From assembly GCA_964234715.1 (NCBI GenBank), contig OZ174282.1: a DNA stretch of 64,000 nucleotides. One strand, 5' to 3'. Position numbers and translations under genes: made by a program. This DNA is from Podarcis melisellensis (taxonomy: Eukaryota). Shown here one piece after another: positions 15,001 to 25,644 of the stretch; the first letter of the stretch is position 1; each line of letters starts with the position of its first letter. Below the pieces are notes generated by a model. The model ran no database searches. It was not told where the DNA came from and worked only from the letters and a program-made list of their open reading frames with translations.

Positions 15001-18000
15001 ATGTTATGGGTTCAACTACTTCCTGCTTAAAGTCATGAAAAAGAACAACAGGCCTCTTCATCCCAAGATCTCAAACCTCAAATGAACTATCATTTGAAAC
15101 TTTTAAATACCTGATTAATATAATGCCATTTATGCAAGGGTACTCTGAAGACTTTTCTAAGTTGCAAATAATGGCATTCATGGCTCCATTTGTAAATTTC
15201 TTTCCAGGCAAAACTGGTATTGATCTACCTTAACTATCTTCCTCCATCTCTCTCTCTCCTCCTATTTCTTACAGTAATCTCTATACAGTGGTACCTTGGT
15301 TTAAGAACAGCCTGTTTACGAACTATTCGGTTTACGAACTCCACAAAACCAGAAGTAGTGTCCCAGTTTGCGAACTTTACCTCGGCCTAAGAACGGAATC
15401 TGAATGGTGGAAGGGCACCTGCCTCATTAGGGACAGCGCGCCTCAGTTTAAGAACGGTTTTGGTTTAAGAATGGACATCCGGAATGGATTAAGTTCATAA
15501 ACGAGATGCCACTGCAACATCATCAATCTGATCTACGTTCTTGGAACGGCAAACCAGGATAGTCAGAAAGAATCAACAACAAACACCCCTGATTGGACAT
15601 TTGTGTGGAATCTCCCTTGCTCTGAATGTCTTTGATTAGTGATTGGTTGGAAACTCAAATATCTTGCAGACATTAATTATCAAAGACAATATACTACCCC
15701 TATTGTGCCCTCTCCAAACAGCAATGCCTGAATGACACATGCCCTCTCACCTTGTCTTTCTGTGTGCAGCCAGATGCCTGAACTGCAGGAGGTGCTTTTG
15801 GTTTCTGGCCCACATCACTGAGGAAACTGGCCCACAAAGCATCCTCTTTTTGTCTTTTATCACTTTCTTTCATGTGTGGATTGCTTTCTGCTGACTCGCC
15901 ATCCTCACTGTCGCTTTCATCATCCTTTGATGCCTCTCCTCCACCTGGTTCTATTAAGAGGCCACATCTTTTGTTCCTTTTCCTAGGAATGAATGTCACC
16001 AAACCATACTCACGTTAGCAAATGATTTACATCCACTGCCTACATTATACTTTTGCTGTAGTGATCGTTCAAAAGCCCAGTAGTTGCAATGTGGAATCAT
16101 GAGTTAAGACTGAAAGCTTGATAAATGACAGTATGTCAGTATCCCATGCACCACTGCAACCCCTACAATGAAAGAAAACAAGAATGGAGACACGAATGTG
16201 AAAAACTCAGTCAAGGTATAATTAGCCATTTTAATGGCTACTATCTCAGATAAAGAAGAAAACCTAGGCAGATATGAAAGAGAAAACTGGGGGAATTCTC
16301 AGCCAGCTCCTTGCTGAACCGGCTGAGAACTGTTGCTGAGCTGGCTATTTCTTCATAAGCAGAACCAAATATGTACATTCCTATGTACAGCCACATGGTT
16401 CTTAATCGGCTCACTCACTTCCATTGACATCAAATGAAACTGGTGCCTACCGACATGTGATCTCCTTGGAATTCTTCTTGCATTTTTCCCTGTGTGATGG
16501 CTTCTCCTCCTCCTCATCTTCCTTAACCAATTCATTCACATCATCTTCACTGTATTCTTCACCTGTTATCAACACAGCTTTAGTTATCAAAACTAATCAT
16601 TTCAACAGATTTTGTGCCTGCAGCAATAGTTAGGCTGGGATTGCATGTTATATGGGGAAAGGGTCCTATGGGATTGCAGTTGGGCAGTATTCTGCACTAC
16701 AGTGGTCTTTCTGGGCCACCCAACTCTTATCATTCAATATTCCACTCCTGCCCATGGTCTTTCATTCCTTTATGTCAACTTCAAAAAGAAACCATTCCTT
16801 ATTATCTTAATGTAAAATCCTAGATATTCTTTTTCTAAATTAAAATTGGAGGTACACCGCACTCTTACACATCAAAAGGTTTATGTCTCACCCTTAGAAA
16901 AGCTACTGCCTGCGTTATTGTTGAGTGTGTTTGATTGGAATAAATCAAGTCCAGAGTAGGACTTCTAAGCCTTCGAATCAAACATGACCAAAATGATTAT
17001 GATATTATTATTTATATTTATTAGCTGTATTTTCAGAAAAACTAAACTCAAAGCAACCTAACAAAAATGAACTTCAAAAACATTTTTGTTATTAGCCTTA
17101 TAGTGCGATGTCACTTTAATACTGTTACTAAAATAAAGGTAACATTTTTTTATATGGTGAAAGCTCCCTGCAAGGAGAAAAACAGCACATCAGCAAGAAA
17201 CACTTCTGTGGTCCTAGCTTTCTACTTGCAAAGGGTTTTTCTCACTGGAAAACCAGTGTGGTGGTTAGTGTTGGACTAGTGAAAGCACATCAGAATGCAA
17301 GTAGATAAATAGGTATCGCTCCAGCGGGAAGATAAACGGCGTTTCCGTGAGCTGCTCTGGTTCGCCAGAAGCGGCTTAGTCATGCTGGCCACATGACCCG
17401 GAAGCTGTACACCGGCTCCCTTGGCCAGTAAAGCGAGATGAGCGCCGCAACCCCAGAGTCGGTCACGACTGGACCTAATGGTCAGGGGTCCCTTTACCTT
17501 TTAGGACCTGATAGATCAGGATTCAAATCCTCGCTTAACCATGAGGCTCACAAGTGGCGACCTTGTGTCAGTCACTGCCTCTCAGGCTAAACTACTTCGC
17601 AGGGTTGTTGTGGGGATTAAATGAGGAGGGAGAGAATATCACCACCCTGAGCTCCTTGGAGAAAAAGGTGGGATATAAAGGCAATAAAATAATAACAACA
17701 AATAAAAATAAAATAAAAATGACAACAATAAGAGAGCACTGAGACGTTGATTTCTCTCCTCCATTTGTAGCCTGAAGTGGTTCAGCCCATTCCACCCCCT
17801 TCAAACTCCGTCCACCTCATTCAACAGCTCAACTTGCTGAGCCGCGGCTGTTGTCACGTGATGAATACAACGTGTAGCCCGGATGTAAGAGGCGTTCTGC
17901 GCGTAGGAACCCCACTCCGAAACCCTCCCAGGCATTCTCTTTTTGGGGGGAGGGACCGAGCACCCGGGCCCGGTCCTCTCCTGAGCGCGGGGACCAGGCC

Positions 18001-18061
18001 ACCCACCTGAGGGTAGGTAATCTTCATCCTCCTCCGACGAATATTCCTCCGAGTCCGACAT
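2255..18061 (-). CDS. CFDP1: Craniofacial development protein 1 (BCNT family), spliced CDS join(18007-18061,16451-16562,15751-15982,14158-14264,10371-10472,3620-3778,2255-2345), 285 aa
   Basis: Exons sum to 858 nt with consistent phases and GT-AG sites. Acidic N-terminus [49 protein letters not shown], and BCNT-C domain [49 protein letters not shown]. Confidence 0.97.
2992..3070. repeat. (CT)n(GT)n compound microsatellite
   Basis: Directly visible. Confidence 0.95.
3620..3778 (-). CDS. CFDP1: CFDP1 exon 6
   Basis: [53 protein letters not shown]; CAG acceptor, GTAAG donor. Confidence 0.96.
5796..5916. mobile_element. hAT-type MITE
   Basis: TIR GGGTGGCTAACCT / AGGTTAGCCACCC; perfect 8-bp TSD GTTTGTAA. 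Confidence 0.8.
7393..7411 (-). promoter_or_regulatory. Candidate CTCF site in CFDP1 intron 5
   Basis: CAGCCACCAGGGGGCGCAG, near-perfect CTCF core consensus. Confidence 0.6.
10039..10168. mobile_element. hAT-type MITE
   Basis: TIR CAGGGCTTCCCAAA / TTTGGGAAACCCTG; degenerate CTAG-centred TSD. Confidence 0.7.
10371..10472 (-). CDS. CFDP1: CFDP1 exon 5
   Basis: [34 protein letters not shown]; CAG acceptor, GTAAG donor. Confidence 0.93.
11040..11620 (-). mobile_element. Old CR1-like LINE 3' fragment
   Basis: TTAGGAAGTTCTGTTCAACATTTAACCGAAATCTACCTTCCTG resembles the reverse complement of a CR1 3' end; diverged. Confidence 0.45.
13393..13705. mobile_element. hAT-type MITE inserted into an L2-like 3' fragment
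   Basis: TIR CATGGGCAGGCAAACT / AGTTTGCTGACCCCTG; perfect 8-bp TSD CTCTAGTC. Confidence 0.85.
14158..14264 (-). CDS. CFDP1: CFDP1 exon 4
   Basis: [36 protein letters not shown]; donor GTGAGT. Confidence 0.92.
15286..15514. mobile_element. Tigger/pogo-like MITE
   Basis: TA|CAGTGGTACCT...GATGCCACTG termini. Confidence 0.7.
15751..15982 (-). CDS. CFDP1: CFDP1 exon 3
   Basis: KRNKR...[18 protein letters not shown]...QKDK; TAG acceptor, GTGAG donor. Confidence 0.92.
16451..16562 (-). CDS. CFDP1: CFDP1 exon 2
   Basis: [37 protein letters not shown]; CAG acceptor, GTAGG donor. Confidence 0.9.
17282..17503 (+). mobile_element. 5'-truncated Sauria SINE
   Basis: GCAAGTAGATAAATAGGTA...CCCTTTACCTTT, same family as the 24777-25134 copy. 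Confidence 0.85.
18007..18061 (-). CDS. CFDP1: CFDP1 coding exon 1
   Basis: [19 protein letters not shown], donor G|GTGGGT. Confidence 0.93.
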
Positions 18062-18833
18062 GGCTCTTCGGCGAAGCTCAAGCGCTCCCTCAGTAAAGGG
18101 CAGGAAGTACTTCTGCTACCATAGAGCACATCCGGTTTCCTGAGCAAGAGTGCCTCACTATATGAACCCTAGAGATAAAGAAGTCTAGAGTGACACAACG
18201 CTTAGATTTTATTTTTTTTAATCGCGGTTTATGAAAAAGATGAGGCGCCATAAAAGGCTGTGAGGGTAGTGCGATCGTACTGTTGCCAGTGGGTGACGAT
18301 GACAGGGCCCTTCCCTCGGCCTTGCTGCGCTATTAAATCCCATGGAGGAGAAGAAAAGGACGCAGCGAGTGGCCATGGCTCTATACTTATTTTTAATACT
18401 CAGTAATCCACGACGGGACTTGCAATCTGAGGGTACAACGGGCTTCTCCCACTGAGGCAGCTTCTACTTCTATTTCCTTTTTTCATTTATGACTTATATT
18501 CGCCCCACTGCCCCTCCTTCTCTTTACCCTAACGAGATATGCTAGGCCCGGGACGAAGCGGCCTAGGCTGCCTGAATGTGGAGTCGAGCTCAGGCGTCGA
18601 CAATTCAATAAATTTATTCATTTATTATTATTAAAACCTGGACCCTATATTCATTTTTAATTTATTAAAATAGTTGTATGCCGCTGTGTCGTAAAAAAAT
18701 ACATTCAAAGCGGTTTACAGTACATCAATAGAAACGCGGCTTCCGTTTCGTTCTCCGGAAGTTCTTGCCTGGGGCCGCTCTGGGACTGCCTCTCTGTGGC
18801 ACTGGCGGAGCGGATGTTGATGTCGAAGGAGGC
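18062..18833. promoter_or_regulatory. Bidirectional promoter region CFDP1/TMEM170A
   Basis: 772 nt between divergent ATGs, CpG-enriched, ETS motifs CAGGAAGT (18101) and CCGGAAGT (18755-18762). Confidence 0.75.
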
Positions 18834-18981
18834 ATGGAGGGAGGAGGCGGCGGCGGCGGCGACGACTCGGTCCCTCCCGCCCCGGGGGGCCTCCTGCACC
18901 AGATCCTGAGCCTCCACCTGGTGCCTCGCTCGGGAAACGTCACCCGAGCTGCGTGCGCCGAATCCCTCTGCGAGTTCACAG
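18834..18981 (+). CDS. TMEM170A: TMEM170A exon 1
   Basis: MEGGGGGGGDDSVPPAPGGLLHQILSLHLVPRSGN...EFT, donor G|GTAGGT. Confidence 0.9.
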
Positions 18982-21199
18982 GTAGGTTCCGGGACTCACG
19001 CCACGCCTGCCTTCCAAGGCCCCGCGCTGGGGTTGGGCGCCCTCTGCACGTACCCGCGTCGCCTCCTTCCCCCGTCCCACTTGGAGGGGTAGGACAAGGT
19101 CACTGTGGGTGCCACTGAAGGACAGGGAGGCGCCTGTCCCTGGAGTCTCCAGGTGGGGGTGGGCAACACCTGGGAAGGCTGCTGCTGCTCTCACCACTCA
19201 AAGTGTGTGGAGACCACCCTGGAAATTCCCCCAGCAGCCCCAGCCAGGAATTCATAGCCCAAAACCAAAGAGGGAGGCTGACCAAGGGTAGGCAACAGGT
19301 AGATTGGGGTCCACAGATAGGTTAATCAAGGGTTTCTGACTCCAGAGCTGCCCCAAGATACTTTAATGCATGAGACAAAGCAGCTAATCTATCTTTCTTA
19401 CTTAAAAAGACTTATACCCTACTTTTTCCTTCCTTAGAGTTGCTTAAAACAGCTTTTAATTAAAAAGCAACAATGGTCCAACTGCTGAAGCTCAACTAAA
19501 GGCAGTATCAAAAAAGAACAGCGCACAATCATTACTTTGAGCTGTTGCATTGGGGTCCTGCTTCTGGGCTTCCCACAATGCACCTGGTTGACCACTGTGA
19601 GAACAGGATGCTGGACAAGATGGGTCCTTTGGCCTGATCCAGGTGGCTGCTCTTCTGCTCTTACTACCCTCTTCTCTCCTATCTCATGGCAGAGATGTGG
19701 TATGGCGTCTTCCTGTGGGCAATGGTGTCGTCTCTCTTTTTCCACATCCCCGCAGCACTCCTGGCCCTCTTCACTCTCCGGCGGCACAAATACGGCAGGT
19801 TCATGTCGGTGAGCATCCTGCTGATGGGCTTCGTGGGGCCATTAGCAGCTGGGATTTTATCAAGTAGGTTGGCTGTTTGAAACATTCCTTTGCCCCAGCT
19901 GCATCCCAGCAGCCTAGCAATCTCCTTGTTTCTGTGTCCAATGACAGGACATATTGGGGAAAAATCTGGGATTCCCAATCTCAGACTCATAAAATCTGGC
20001 TAGGGGAGGGAGAGTTTACATTATAGCACTCTCTCTCTCTGTCTTTCTCCCCCATCCCCCCACATAACACGACAAATTAGGCACGGGAGAGTTTGGAATA
20101 ATCCTGGGAGTTTTCGCAGAAACACACCCAAGACCTCAACAGCCACATTTTGTGAGGTTTGTTAAAAATAAAAAAGAAAGGAGGATAAATGGAAGAGGCA
20201 GAATGTTGCTATAGCCAAAGAACAAAAAGAGCCCTTTCATTCAAGCCTATCTATCCTATCAAATCTACTTACAAGTGGGTTTCTCGTGTCCTCACATGTG
20301 TAGGTGGTCAGATGAGCAGTGTTGAGCGAGCCTGGGCTGTTTAAAAGTGTTTCTGACCCAGGTGGGACCTGACTGGCTGGACACTGCCACCTGTCAATCA
20401 CATCTGTCATGGAGACGGTTTGACACCTTTTGAAAGTTGAGAGGCCATTTGGGGATTGCCATTCTTCTCTTTGCTACCCATCTTTCCAGCCTGTGACAGC
20501 CATAAGTATGGCTGTCAGTGAGGGTGTATGTATGTGACTCCAAGATGCTTGATGTTAACATCAGCAGAAGCTATCCCTATTGTGCCCTGCTTTCGAATGA
20601 CCCTTTGGTATTCATACTAGTGGTGTTGTGGTTTCTACTAAGGCTAGGAAGCCTTAGGTATGGATCCCCCACTCAGGGCTGAAGCTCCATGGAGGACAAA
20701 AGGGGAGCGTGAGGAAATCGTATATGTTGTTCTGAGCTCCCTGGAGGAGGAGCAGAGTTTAAAATGTGAAAACAACTGCTCACCCAGCAGGCTGATCTTG
20801 TGTTTTTTAACTATTGGCTTAGTAGCATTCCTAAAACCAGGTTCTGTCCAGATGCTATTGCACAACAACTCCCATGAGTCCCAGATCATGCTGGCTGGGG
20901 TTGAAGAGAGTTGCAATACAACACATATGGAGATCACCAGGTTGAAGAAGAAGGAAAGTGAATGACAGTTCCTTCATTTCTTTTGCTGTGTGTTATCAAG
21001 TGAGAAGAAAGGGATGATGGGACATGGGCAACTAACCTATGATTCTCCTTTCTCCCCTTCTTGAACAGGTGCTGCGATTGCCGGTGTTTACAAAGCTGCT
21101 GGAAAGGACATGATCCCCTTTGTGGCCATGACTTTTGGAGTGGGGCAGACCTTCGGTGTGGTGATGATTTCTTTCTTACGGATTTTAGCCACCCTTTAG
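18834..21199 (+). CDS. TMEM170A: Transmembrane protein 170A, join(18834-18981,19693-19863,21069-21199), 149 aa
   Basis: 450 nt, phases consistent. GLLHQILSLHLVPRSGN..SLCEFTEMWYGVFLWAMVSSLFFHIPAALLALFTLRRHKYGRFMSV...SAAIAGVYKAAGKDMIPF..GQTF..ISFLRILATL*; adjacent to CFDP1. Confidence 0.96.
19693..19863 (+). CDS. TMEM170A: TMEM170A exon 2
   Basis: EMWYGVFLWA...GPLAAGILSS; CAG acceptor, GTAGG donor. Confidence 0.95.
21069..21199 (+). CDS. TMEM170A: TMEM170A exon 3 (last coding)
   Basis: AAIAGVYKAAGKDMIPFVAMTFGVGQTFGVVMISFLRILATL-TAG. Confidence 0.95.
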
Positions 21200-24100
21200 C
21201 ATCCCGCATCAGATGCCATTGCAAACAGAGCAGCACCATGCAGGATTCCGGGGGTGAAGAGGTCAAAGGGCATGTCCATGGGGAAGTTCTTCTATGCAAG
21301 CCCCACTGAAATGGATGGAGGCCACAGAAGAGCTTTGCCATGTTCTGACACAGGCCCCATCCATTTCACTGGGGAGAACTTCAGTGGATCCGTGCAATTT
21401 TTCTCCAGTAATTATCTCTGGCAGTCTGGAGCAGCCCCATCTCATCCTTGGCCAGCTGGCTGAAGATCCTGGAGGAAACCATCCGTCTACAAACACATCT
21501 TATAGTCTCCAGATGACATTCTGGCACAACCCTGGCTGCTTTCTAACTGAAAATGAGACATTGGTGCAGAATATTTTGATCAAGTCTCTTTTTGTCAAAC
21601 AATACAAGGAATGTGTGAGTGAGTGGGGGATGGATAGAAGGTTTAAAACTCTGTGGCCCTCCAGATGTTGTTAGACTGCAACTCCCATCAGCCCCAGCCA
21701 GCATGGCCAACAGCCAGGAACGGTGAGAGCTGTCCCCTCCAGATATTGTTGGAGTTCAGGTTCCCTACCCTCGGTCTGAATATTTCTGGAGCACTGCCAT
21801 GTAGCCTGGAAATGTTTGCATCCGCCATTGAACAAGCTTTCAGCCAATTCTTTGTTTATATTTTGTAAACATTTTTGTAACCTTAAGTGCCAAGCTTTTC
21901 TGTTTTGGGGTAATTTTTTTTATTCAGCAAACAAATGTGTGATGGTGAAGCTGTCTTACTATAACCGAAGGTATCCATCCTAGGATAGTACGGCTGGAGA
22001 AACTTCACTACTAAATCTCATTCCTGACAGGGAGAATGCACTTTAATGGACTTAAACCTTTTCTTATGGAAGAATGTGAATTTGAAGCTGTAAGAGAGAG
22101 GGTGAGGGGCTTCTTCTGCAAAAAATCTTCTTGGATTGTGGTCATTGCTGAGTTTAGACTGCAGCGAAGGCTGAGACAAAAGTGGTGGTGGGGAGAATGC
22201 TTTGTTGCTACCTCAAAATATGTGGCATGGATATGAAGTGCAGTTTTACCGAACCGTGAAGGTTCTCGCTGTGTCCCTTGTTGCGAAACAAATGGTAGTT
22301 GGATGAAATCCAGTAAATGCTACGATAATCAGTTCCTGAACGCTGGGTTGTTCCCTTGTTAATAATGTCCTCGCTGATTAGGTTGTGCAGATTCCATGTG
22401 AAACATTTCTTAACACTTGTATTACGTGAGGAGTATTGTGATAATCTGTTGTCTTAAATCTTGTTATATAGGCCTGGATTTTTAGAAGTATGTATATAGG
22501 AACAGTAATTGTCCTGCAGACAGCTCCCTGCTGTGGGGACTTGGATCTTTCTTTTTGGAACCCTACAAGTGCCTGGGCAATTTGCCTCTCCTCCAGGGTC
22601 CAGTCTTACTACTGTTGCCATCCCATTGTTACTCCTCAAGTGCCATCCTCTGCAGAGTCGTGACCTGTTATCTGCAAATTCAGAAATGCTTCCTCCAGAG
22701 ATTTGGGGGTGGCGGAGATTATACGTGTTTACTGGTCCGTCTTTGGAAGATAGATCTTTGCATTCTCACTCTTGAGGCCATTGCAGCATCAATTCGTATT
22801 TGGGGTGGGGAGGAGATGTACAGCCCTCTCCTGAGACTGTACAGTGTCAAAATACAAGCAGGGAATTGCTTGTTCAAAAATGCCTCCCTTGTCAATATCT
22901 AGACAGCTCCTTTCTTACAGGGAGACGGTTGTGGGATGCCTTGAAACTAACTTCCCCTACATCCTTTAGGAGATGATGTTTCCCTGAATGTTTAAATTGG
23001 CTCTGATCAGTTAGGCTTTTAAAAATATATAATCCAAGTTCTTGGTGAAATGCATCTTTTTGTCCAGTACCTCTTCCATTCCCCATGTCACCCTCCCATT
23101 GTAGAACTCGGGTCATGTGATTGGCTTTGCCAAGCAATGACAGACCTTCACTTCTTCAATTGCAGAGGCTGACCGGGGGAGTGGGGTTGTGGCAGGTAGG
23201 TAGGGAATGGCTGTCTTTCTTGTAGGTAACAAATCAGGATTAGCCAGTCAGATTCTCTGACCACATTGTAGAATTTCCAACCACTTAGTTGGGGCTTCCC
23301 CATGCCTTAAGGCTGGTTGAGCACTTTAGATATATAATTTGTCACTTTAACTTTCCCCTGATCTGAAAAACGTTGGTATCATATTCTGATCTTTTTTCCT
23401 CTTAACTTTCTTCTCTTCAGTTTAATATGTTAACTTCCTGTTAAGTTTTTTTGGGGTAGGGGAAGGATCTACCAAACGCTTAGCAAATGTGAAACCTGTT
23501 GATTCCAGTGGAGCCTAAAAGAGGATCTCTTGTGAATGCATCAATGCTGTTTACTGTTCTCATGAACCCCACCGTGTGTTGGGACTGTGGCCGACGGAAC
23601 CCCCTTTTCTTCAGCAAGCTCTTCCCAAGGCCTGCAACCGTGAGCACAACTTTGTGCGGGAGATGGAGAGGCCCTGTCAAAGCTCTTTCCCTCCGAACTG
23701 TTCCACTAACTGCTGCGGCAAACGTGAACAAAGCTTTATAAGGCAGGGAGAACAGGACTGTGAATATCAGTTTTTATTTTTCTACCAACACTTCTGATTT
23801 TCACGTTTGGTATTTTAGCTAATAAAATCCCAATTGATCCTTGTGTCTTTTGTGACTGGCAAACTTGTTTATGGTCGTTCTCAGTGGACATCTGGGAAGT
23901 TGCTGATTCAGCAGAGGCTAATACTTCTTTTACAGGGTTCTGCATCTCTTGGCTAGTACTTCCAAGGATGAAGCGTGCAGTTCCTATGAAGATTTGTGCT
24001 GTCTGTGCCTCAATATTATGTAGTGGTTCCCATTGAAAGAAGACTCCCACTAGTTTCTGGGCATAGCAAGCAATTGCAAGTATTCTAATTGCAAGGGACT

Positions 24101-24279
24101 GGATTCATAGGAACTTAAGAAACTGTATCTATAGTGTTCCTGGCCATTAAGCCACCTAGCTCAGTATCACACTCAATGACAGTGGCTCTCCATGATTTCA
24201 GATGGGAGGGACTGAACCTGGGACTTTTGAGCTACAACCCACAGCCACTCCTTTTTCCTATCCCTACTCTCTTGCCTAT

Positions 24280-25316
24280 TGTCATGGACTGGCTGGATGC
24301 AGAGGAGTGGTGGGAGGCACCAGGCAGGGAGTCCCCAGGGGAAGAAGGCTCAGAGCCCAGGGACTGGTGGTGGGAGAATGATGAGTGGGGTCAATGGGGG
24401 AAGGAGCAGACTGGGAGGAGGTGGTGTTGGGAGCATACAAGGCAACAGGGTTTAGTGAGCAGGAAGAGGCTGTGGCAGAGAGCAGTGCAGACTCCAAGCC
24501 TGAGTGTGGGCAGACTGTGGAAGAAGACACAGAGTCTTCCCCTCCTGCTGTGTCCAGCGCCCCTTCTCCCTGATCTCCCAGGACACACACACAAATGAGA
24601 AACAAGAAGGCAAGGAAGCCTTAAGCTACGGGGGAAGGAACCAGGGGAAGAGCCTTAGGGAGCGGGGTGAAGACGGGGACCATCAGTCCTCACAACTGCT
24701 TCCTTGGAGCAAGACCTGGAAAGAGTTGCTGAGACCACTTGATTCAGGTAGGTAGCCATGTTGGTCTGACGCAATAAAGGTAAAGGTACCCCTGCCCGTA
24801 CGGGCCAGTCTTGACAGACTCTGGGGTTGTGCGCCCATCTCACTTAAGAGGCCAGGGGCCAGCGCTGTCCGGAGACACTTCCGGGTCACGTGGCCAGCGT
24901 GACATCGCTGCTCTGGCGAGCCAGAGCCGCACACGGAAACGCCGTTTACCTTCCCGCTGGTAAGCGGTCCCTATTTATCTACTTGCACCCGGAGGTGCTT
25001 TCGAACTGCTAGGTTGGCAGGCGCTGGGACCGAGCAGCGGGAGCGCACCCCGCCGCAGGGATTCGAACCGCCAACCTTTCGATCGGCAAGTCCTAGGCGC
25101 TGAGGCTTTAACCCACAGCGCCACCTGCGTCCCCCTGACGCAATAGAAATATAGAAAAAAATTGTCCAGTAAGTTTGTTCTTGGTATGAGCTTTCGTGTG
25201 CATGTACACTTCTTCAGATTCTGAGACCACTAGGCCTGAGATGTGGTTTGTTTCCTTCAATAAAGAGTTCACTTTGTTGTTTTATTGCTAACCTTTGCCT
25301 GACTCCAGCCCTGACA
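24280..25316 (+). mobile_element. Probable solo LTR interrupted by the Sauria SINE
   Basis: TGTCATGGACTGG...CCAGCCCTGACA termini (TG..CA, short inverted ends), AATAAA at 25259; TSD imperfect. Confidence 0.6.
24777..25134 (-). mobile_element. Full-length Sauria SINE
   Basis: tRNA-like head (GGGACGCAGGTGGCGCTGTGGGTTAAA...GGTTCGAATCC), body GCAAGTAGATAAATAGG, (ACCTTT)n tail; 11-bp TSD CTGACGCAATA at 24766-24776 and 25135-25145. Confidence 0.9.
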
Positions 25317-25414
25317 GCCATTCAGTGTGTTTCAATCTCTGTTGCTTCTCTGGTGCATTTTTATGGCTAGCAAGAAATGATGGAAGACCAGGACAGGTTA
25401 TGAAAGCCATGCGA

Positions 25415-25420
25415 TTTATT
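25415..25420 (-). terminator. Candidate polyadenylation signal of SDR
   Basis: AATAAA about 110 nt after the stop codon. Confidence 0.5.
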
Positions 25421-25530
25421 TCTTGTAAGTGCTGCCATGGCAGCTAGATGCAACCACATTACTTGTAGCTGACCCGGGTTGGGACACATGGACACATCCA
25501 TCAGGAGAGATCCCTCTTTGGCTGCTGGCT

Positions 25531-25644
25531 TCACCAGGGCACAATCCTCCCCTCCCAGTCCACCAGTCGGCTATTTTTCTCTTCGTTGATGCTGGAAAGC
25601 ACTTGGATGATCCCCTTCACACTCTCTTGCACCGTCAGTTCCGC
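25531..25644 (-). CDS. SDR exon 6 (last coding)
   Basis: AELTVQESVKGIIQVLSSINEEKNSRLVDWEGRIVPW-TGA. Confidence 0.93.
   Translation of the reverse strand, partial: AELTVQESVKGIIQVLSSINEEKNSRLVDWEGRIVPW

Noticed and set aside
24134-24598. Trp/Glu-rich ORFs
   Set aside because: Purine-rich interior of the LTR-like element.
25055-25134. tRNA-like A/B boxes
   Set aside because: Head of a Sauria SINE, not a tRNA gene.
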